Shown here: in pieces, positions 58,385 to 64,000 of the stretch
Numbering within the stretch: position 1 is the stretch's first letter
Layout: each line of letters opens with the position of its first letter
Assembly (NCBI GenBank): GCA_965601925.1
Contig: OZ271854.1
Coordinates: 4,544,001 to 4,608,000 of the forward strand
Direction: 5' to 3'
DNA from: Alkalispirochaeta sp.
GTDB lineage: Bacteria > Spirochaetota > Spirochaetia > DSM-27196 > Alkalispirochaetaceae
DNA length: 64,000 bases
Translations under genes and position numbers: made by a program
Notes under the pieces: model-generated
The model's database searches: none
What the model was told of the DNA's origin: nothing
Seen by the model: only the letters and a program-made list of their open reading frames with translations

Positions 58385-60790
58385 TCATGCCCGATTGTCG
58401 GCGCCGCCGATGGTCGGATGGAGGAGAATGAACTCACGCGGCGTCGTCCCGAAGCGGCGCTTAAACAGTTGATAAAAGTACGTCTCGTTTTGGATACCGA
58501 CGGCGGAGGCGACGTCGGCGATGCTCTTGTCGCTCCTGGTCATGAGCTCGCGCGCCTCCTGAAGGCGCAGCTCATTGATCCGATTTGCCACCGACTCGCC
58601 GGTGATCTGTTTGTATACCTTCCCGACGTACGACGGCGAGAGCTTGAGGGCGTCGGCGATCATTTTAAGGCAGAGGCCGTGATCGGTAAGGCTCTCACGG
58701 ATGATCTGATTGACGGTGTGGGCGATGATGATCGACTTGCTCCGCACCGCCTCGGCGTGGGTACCCCGAAATCGCGGGATCGTTTCCGCGATTCGACGGC
58801 GGGTGTTATCCAACGGCTCAGAGAGAAAGACGGTGGAGTAGATATCCGTATAGTCCACCTCAATCGGAATACCGCGACTGCGGCCCAGCTCTTCGGCCAC
58901 CGTCTCTAATGCAAAGAGCAGCCGCGCCAGAGCGACGGCGATGTCGTTGAAGCGCATACGCCGCAGTCGCTCGAAAAAGGCATCGAGCGTCTCCTCCGCC
59001 TCTTGATATTTCTCGCTGCGGATATGCTCCAGAAGGCGCTCCTCGATCTTCTCGGGATAGGGCTCCGACGACTCGAGATTTTCGCGAATGTTCAGCGGAT
59101 TGATGATCCCGAGATCGCCCATCGTCTTCCGATACCGGAGGTTTTGACGCACCGAGGCGTAGACGGCGGCCAGATCGCGGGGGTCCGAGACCGTGTCGCT
59201 GAGGCTCACGACGCAATCGACGTGGTGCTCCTCGTGCATGCAGCGCTGAAAGGCGCGAATAACGGGCATTAGATCGGTCACGTAGTCAAGGGTTGAACGG
59301 TCGAGACCCAGAAGCACTCCGATTCGATTTCTGAACATCGGAGCCGCCTCGACCGTTAGTCCGTGGCCGCGCACCGCGGAGGCGAACTCCTCCATTACCT
59401 TGATCTTGATCATCTCCAGATCGCGATCGAAGTCTCCGAAAGGAGAGTTGGGAACGCGAATGCGTACCGCCGCAACCGCCGTCGGCCCCTTCAGGTCGAC
59501 GGTGAAACGTTCCATCGAATCGATCTGCGCAAGCGCCTGGTCGGTGAGCGCGGCGCTATGAAAGAGGAGAGAGCGTACGTAGTAGCTCTTGAGCGAGACG
59601 ACGTTCATTCGCGCCTCGATTTCGAGTCGGTCCAGGCGATTTACCATCCATCCGTAGGCCCCGCGAACCTCCTCGAACTCAGTGCGTCCCTCGCTCACCG
59701 GCTCGCGGCCGATACGACGGCGGAGGTCGTCGGTAAGACGGCGGATCGGGCGGTTGAGCACGGCGGCGACGATCATGGAGGCGCCGAGGACCGCGACGAG
59801 GATCGAAAGAGCGCCCGAGACCGTGACTGCCGACAACGGTCTGAGGGCCGCAAATATGCGGCGATGCTCACGGTAACGTATGATACCCCACGGTCTATCC
59901 TCCGGAGACACGCGATCCACGCGGACCCGCACCCCTCCCCGCTCCACGGTGCCGCCTCGAGGCACTCCCGCCGCCACGTCGGATAGTATCCCCTGCATTT
60001 CCTCGAGATGTTCGGCGTGGCGATCGAGTCCGACCAAATCCCCCTCGGCGGTTCGCATCGCCCACCGTGCGGCACTCGCCGCGTCGGTCCTCGGAAAGAC
60101 GCGCTCCAAGAGCCACGGGACCTCGATGTTGAAGAGCACGCCCCCCGGTACGGAGTCGGCGGTCGGCTGGTACGGATAGTAGACCGACAGCACACGCTCC
60201 GGCGCCTCGTCGGAAAAGAGGTAATCCGTGTCCCAACGAAAGGCGCTCTGGCCCCGTACCAGCTGGGGGTAGCGCGCCACGATCCGGAAGAGCGAGGGCG
60301 CCGCGTCGGCCGTCCCGTAGCGCGTCGAGTAGACGGTGTTGGTATAGGGGTTGAAGACGTTGACGGAGTGCAGAATCGCCGAGTCGGCGGCGAGGGCGCG
60401 GAGGGAGTGGAGGTGGTTAAGCCCGCCCGCGGAGAAATCTCGCGCCGAGGCGGTCAAGAGCGCTTGGGTATCGCGACTCGCGTAGATCGACTGCGCGACG
60501 CTTCGGGCGAGCTCCTCGGCGAGCAGCGCGTTGCGCTGCGCCTCGTCCAGCTCACGACGAGCGATATCCGCTTCGAGAGTTAACGCGTTGCGGCGGAGTT
60601 GCACGTGATACAAAGCAAACAGGGCGCCGAGCACCAGGCAGAATGTCGTCGTGACGACGAGAAATGCGTGCAGTAGATACGGCTTCCGGGAAGGAAGGGT
60701 AAAATGGCCCATCGCGCGGCGCCGATTACCCTCGGATAGATCGATCCGCCGCGCGGAACGGCCCCCTTGTGCGGTACCTTTTGAGCTCAT
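58385..60790 (-). CDS. membrane-bound AraC family regulator with extracytoplasmic sensor domain
   Basis: two TMs flanking a periplasmic domain; C-terminal AraC double HTH (LSPSYVGKVYK, NETYFYQLFKRRFGTTPREF); start uncertain (60808/60790/60709). Confidence 0.88.
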   Translation of the reverse strand: MSSKGTAQGGRSARRIDLSEGNRRRAMGHFTLPSRKPYLLHAFLVVTTTFCLVLGALFALYHVQLRRNALTLEADIARRELDEAQRNALLAEELARSVAQSIYASRDTQALLTASARDFSAGGLNHLHSLRALAADSAILHSVNVFNPYTNTVYSTRYGTADAAPSLFRIVARYPQLVRGQSAFRWDTDYLFSDEAPERVLSVYYPYQPTADSVPGGVLFNIEVPWLLERVFPRTDAASAARWAMRTAEGDLVGLDRHAEHLEEMQGILSDVAAGVPRGGTVERGGVRVRVDRVSPEDRPWGIIRYREHRRIFAALRPLSAVTVSGALSILVAVLGASMIVAAVLNRPIRRLTDDLRRRIGREPVSEGRTEFEEVRGAYGWMVNRLDRLEIEARMNVVSLKSYYVRSLLFHSAALTDQALAQIDSMERFTVDLKGPTAVAAVRIRVPNSPFGDFDRDLEMIKIKVMEEFASAVRGHGLTVEAAPMFRNRIGVLLGLDRSTLDYVTDLMPVIRAFQRCMHEEHHVDCVVSLSDTVSDPRDLAAVYASVRQNLRYRKTMGDLGIINPLNIRENLESSEPYPEKIEERLLEHIRSEKYQEAEETLDAFFERLRRMRFNDIAVALARLLFALETVAEELGRSRGIPIEVDYTDIYSTVFLSEPLDNTRRRIAETIPRFRGTHAEAVRSKSIIIAHTVNQIIRESLTDHGLCLKMIADALKLSPSYVGKVYKQITGESVANRINELRLQEARELMTRSDKSIADVASAVGIQNETYFYQLFKRRFGTTPREFILLHPTIGGADNRA

Positions 60791-60835
60791 AATATCCCAT
60801 AGTACCATGAAAATACTGGGAGCAGACTCGCCGCC

Positions 60836-61576
60836 GTGCCGGTAGAGATCGACACGTTACTCTTCCTCGCCGCCGTAACGCTCGCGGCGACGGTCCACGC
60901 CGTAGCCGGATTCGGGTTCGGTCTGATTGCGGTCACCGCCGCGACCCAGCTCTTCGACATCCGCACCGCGGTGGCGACACTCTCGTTCGCAAGCCTCGCG
61001 GTGAGTCTAACCGTGCTCCTGCGCCTGCGCCGCCACCTCCGGTGGGAGGGGCTTGCTCCGCTGATCCTCGCATCCCTTGTCGGTGTCCCCATCGGCATCG
61101 CACTGCTTCGTCGCGCCGACCCTTCGATCCTCATGACCGCCCTCGGGGTGCTCTTGGTAGGGGCGGCGATACAGGGCCTCTTCTTCCGTCCCGGTCCGAG
61201 AGCGTGGCCCCCGGCGGCCGGCGTACTGTGCGGATTGCTCTCCGGCGCCCTCGCCGGCGCCTTCGGAACCGGGGGACCGCCGGCCACCGTTTACATTCTC
61301 AATCAGCACTTCGATCGCTTCCGTCACGTCGCATCCATACAGGCGATACTCCTCATCGGTAACGTAGTGCGCCTTCCGCTGTTGGTCGCCGGTGGCGAGA
61401 TCACATGGTCCGTCGCGGCGCCGGGGCTCGTCGGCGCGGCCATCGCCGCTCTCGGCTCCCTCGTGGGGTTGAAGGTCCTCGACGGAGTGCCGACACCGGC
61501 GGTGAAGCGTCTCGTCCTCCTCCTTTTGGCGGTCGTTGGTATCCGTTACGTCATAGTCTACTCGTTCCTACAGTGA
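60836..61576 (+). CDS. TauE/SafE (sulfite exporter) family membrane protein
   Basis: AGFGFGL and GAFGTGGPP motifs, about 8 TM. Confidence 0.85.
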   Translation: MPVEIDTLLFLAAVTLAATVHAVAGFGFGLIAVTAATQLFDIRTAVATLSFASLAVSLTVLLRLRRHLRWEGLAPLILASLVGVPIGIALLRRADPSILMTALGVLLVGAAIQGLFFRPGPRAWPPAAGVLCGLLSGALAGAFGTGGPPATVYILNQHFDRFRHVASIQAILLIGNVVRLPLLVAGGEITWSVAAPGLVGAAIAALGSLVGLKVLDGVPTPAVKRLVLLLLAVVGIRYVIVYSFLQ

Positions 61577-61663
61577 GAAAGACGAGAAATACCCATTTTT
61601 TAAAGTTTACAGTTCCACGATAGGCCGCTGACAATCCAGACATATCATTTTGAGGACTCGACG

Positions 61664-62731
61664 TTGAAAAATCACAGCATAGCGGTCATTCCCGGCGACG
61701 GCATCGGAGCGGAGGTCGTCGAGCAGGGGATAGCCGTTCTGGAGCGGGCCGGCTCGCTCTTCGATGTACGTTTCGAATGGACCGAGTTTCCGTGGGGGTG
61801 CGAGTACTACGCCCGGACGGGTCGCATGATGAGCGCCGACGGTATCGACCGTCTACGGCAATTCGACGCGATATATCTCGGCGCCGTCGGGTATCCCGGC
61901 GTCCCGGACCACATCTCCCTGTGGGGTCTGCTTATCCCGATACGCCGGGAGATGCACCAGTACGTCAATGTGCGCCCCGTACGACTGCTTCGCGGCCTCC
62001 GCTCTCCCCTCGCCGACAGACGGCCGGAGGAGATCGATTTCGTCGTCGTTCGAGAAAACAACGAGGGCGAGTACTCCGAAATCGGCGGACGCCTCTACGC
62101 GGGGAGCGAGGCGGAGATGGCGGTGCAGGAGAGCGTCTTTACCCGCTCAGGCGTCGACCGAGTACTTCGCCACGCCTTTGAGACGGCCTTGACGCGCCCC
62201 GCCCGGCACGTCACGTCGGCGACGAAGTCCAATGGGATCAAACACACCATGCCCTTCTGGGACGAACGGTTTCGGGCGATAGCGGCGGAGTACCCCGATG
62301 TCCGTACCGATCAGTACCACATCGATATCCTCGCCGCTCACTTCGTCGCACACCCCGACTGGTTCGACGTCGTGGTCGCCAGCAACCTCTTCGGCGATAT
62401 CCTTTCCGATCTCGGCCCCGCAGTCGCCGGGAGCATCGGGGTCGCCGCCTCCGCAAATCTGAATCCGGAACGGCAATACCCCTCGATGTTTGAGCCGGTT
62501 CACGGATCGGCGCCGGACATTGCGGGAAAGGGTATCGCCAACCCGGTGGGGCAGATCTGGTCCGGCGCGCTCATGCTCGAGCACCTCGGACACCCCGAGG
62601 CGGCCGGCGCCGTCGTTGCGGCGATCGAGCGCGTCGTCGCCGACGAGCAATTGAGGACCCCCGACGTGGGCGGGCGAGCCACATCCGCCGACGTCGGAGC
62701 GGCGATCGCGAGTGCATTGGAGGATCGGTAG
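61664..62731 (+). CDS. ttuC: tartrate dehydrogenase / D-malate dehydrogenase (decarboxylating)
   Basis: GDGIG, PDHISLWGLL, RENNEGEYS, TKSNGI..TMPFWD, FEPVHGSAPDIAG. Confidence 0.92.
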   Translation: MKNHSIAVIPGDGIGAEVVEQGIAVLERAGSLFDVRFEWTEFPWGCEYYARTGRMMSADGIDRLRQFDAIYLGAVGYPGVPDHISLWGLLIPIRREMHQYVNVRPVRLLRGLRSPLADRRPEEIDFVVVRENNEGEYSEIGGRLYAGSEAEMAVQESVFTRSGVDRVLRHAFETALTRPARHVTSATKSNGIKHTMPFWDERFRAIAAEYPDVRTDQYHIDILAAHFVAHPDWFDVVVASNLFGDILSDLGPAVAGSIGVAASANLNPERQYPSMFEPVHGSAPDIAGKGIANPVGQIWSGALMLEHLGHPEAAGAVVAAIERVVADEQLRTPDVGGRATSADVGAAIASALEDR

Positions 62732-63816
62732 TGAAGATCACGGACATTGTCGTTGCGGTGGTACCGATGCCGAGCTTGGCGAAACCCTTTTGGAACTCGA
62801 TCATCCGCACCGAGCGCGTCGATCGCGCGCGGATCGAGATCAAAACGGACGAGGGCGTTGTCGGAACGGCCCCATGCCAGCCGGGGGTCAAACACTTTGT
62901 CGAGGGTACGATACGCGGCAAGCTCATCGGTCTGGACCCCCTTCGAACGGACCTCCTCTGGCAGACGATGTATATGGGAGGGACGCGCAAGCCGGTCTCC
63001 AAGGGCAGTTTTATCGTCGCCATGAGCGCCGTCGACAACGCATTGTGGGATCTCAAGGGGAAGGCGCTGGGTCAGCCGGTATGGCGCCTCGCCGGGGGTG
63101 CGTACGATACGGTGCGCGTCTACGCCGCCGGAGGGTACTACGAGGACGACAAAGGAGTTCCGGAACTCTGCGCCGAAATGGAGAGCTACGTCGCTGAGGG
63201 GTTTACGGCGGTGAAGATGAAGGTGGGCTGGCCGGGAGCCGGTCTCAAAGGTGACGCAGAGCGAGTGGCCGCAGTGCGTGGGGCGATCGGCGACGATATC
63301 GATCTCATGGTCGACGCCAACAACGCGTGGGACGCCCACACGGCGATCCGCTTCGGACGAATGATCGAGCGGTACGAGCCGTATTGGTTTGAGGAGCCGG
63401 TCCACGCCGACGACTACGACGGCGCGGCCAAAGTCGCCGCGGCGCTGGATATACCGATTGCAAGCGGGGAAAACGAGCATACGCGCTACGGCTTTCGCGA
63501 GCTGATAGAGCGCGGCGGGGCACAGATCATCCAAGCCGACCCCAATAACTGCGGCGGCATCAGTGAATGGCTGAGAATCGCCGCGATCGCCGGCGCTCAC
63601 CATCTCCCGATGTCGCCCCACGGCAACGCGGCGATCGGAGCGTGTTGCGTCGCCGCCGTCGGAAACGGCCTCATAACGGAGTACTACCCGACGGCGCACC
63701 ACAATCCCCTGTTGGGACGTCTCGACTTTCGCGACGGACACGTAATGTTGTCCGAGGAGCCGGGGCTCGGCATTCAATGGGACGAAGCGCTCATCTCCTC
63801 GATGGGGAAAGGATAG
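62731..63816 (+). CDS. mandelate racemase/enolase superfamily enzyme (possible acid-sugar or tartrate dehydratase)
   Basis: DNALWDLKGK, YAAGGYY, KMKVG, DAN, EEP, GENE, PHG. Confidence 0.88.
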   Translation: MKITDIVVAVVPMPSLAKPFWNSIIRTERVDRARIEIKTDEGVVGTAPCQPGVKHFVEGTIRGKLIGLDPLRTDLLWQTMYMGGTRKPVSKGSFIVAMSAVDNALWDLKGKALGQPVWRLAGGAYDTVRVYAAGGYYEDDKGVPELCAEMESYVAEGFTAVKMKVGWPGAGLKGDAERVAAVRGAIGDDIDLMVDANNAWDAHTAIRFGRMIERYEPYWFEEPVHADDYDGAAKVAAALDIPIASGENEHTRYGFRELIERGGAQIIQADPNNCGGISEWLRIAAIAGAHHLPMSPHGNAAIGACCVAAVGNGLITEYYPTAHHNPLLGRLDFRDGHVMLSEEPGLGIQWDEALISSMGKG

Positions 63817-64000
63817 GGCATACGAAGTATCGAGCGGGTCTCCGTCTCAAATTCTTAGCGATATCGGTCACCGTCGCCGTGAGCCTCTTGACGGTCGGCG
63901 GTGCCGCGGCGATCGCGGCGCGGCGCGGTATCGAGCTGACGCGGGAGCAGAACGCCGTGCAAAACGCCCTCCTCGAGTGGAGCGGCCTCGTTAATCGGAC
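63777..64000 (+). CDS. partial membrane protein (N-terminus resembling an MCP or sensor), truncated by the window edge
   Basis: open frame GLRLKFLAISVTVAVSLLTVGGAAAIAARRG...; start codon uncertain. Confidence 0.45.
   Translation, partial: MGRSAHLLDGERIGHTKYRAGLRLKFLAISVTVAVSLLTVGGAAAIAARRGIELTREQNAVQNALLEWSGLVNR

Noticed and set aside
47661..61576. Single organosulfur island linking sulfatase, TauE and cysteate synthase
   Set aside because: The genes are separated by unrelated operons, and the sulfatase releases sulfate rather than the sulfite cysteate synthase needs.

Overview
GC-rich bacterial chromosomal segment, most likely from a free-living spirochaete (Spirochaetaceae-like). The evidence is the rpsT-HU pair, rny-ymdB-tlyA synteny, a giant spirochaete-type coiled-coil protein and the M23-bactofilin-yaaR-ricT operon. 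About 50 CDS are visible, with no rRNA, tRNA, CRISPR array or transposase. Core genes include rpsT, HU, tatD, rlmB, grpE-dnaK-dnaJ, der, ptsI and rny. Accessory modules are an orphan algF-algI-algJ O-acetylation cluster facing two secreted lipases, a TPR/beta-barrel/ExbB/ExbD/TonB operon, an oadGAB Na+ pump, a sulfatase, a GH42/SBP/AraC sugar locus and a tartrate dehydrogenase plus enolase-superfamily pair. The best candidate for a novel system is a TetR-flanked pair of cysteate synthase and a CapB/SulA-like alpha-oxoamine synthase (42.6-45.5 kb), i.e. a putative sulfonolipid (capnine) pathway in a spirochaete. Other highlights are three tandem perfect AT-rich palindromes just upstream of the TonB-operon promoter, a MerR HTH apparently fused to a degenerate UDP-sugar pyrophosphorylase fold, and a recurrent leaderless-type promoter architecture. 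All family calls come from motif recognition by eye; no database searches were run.
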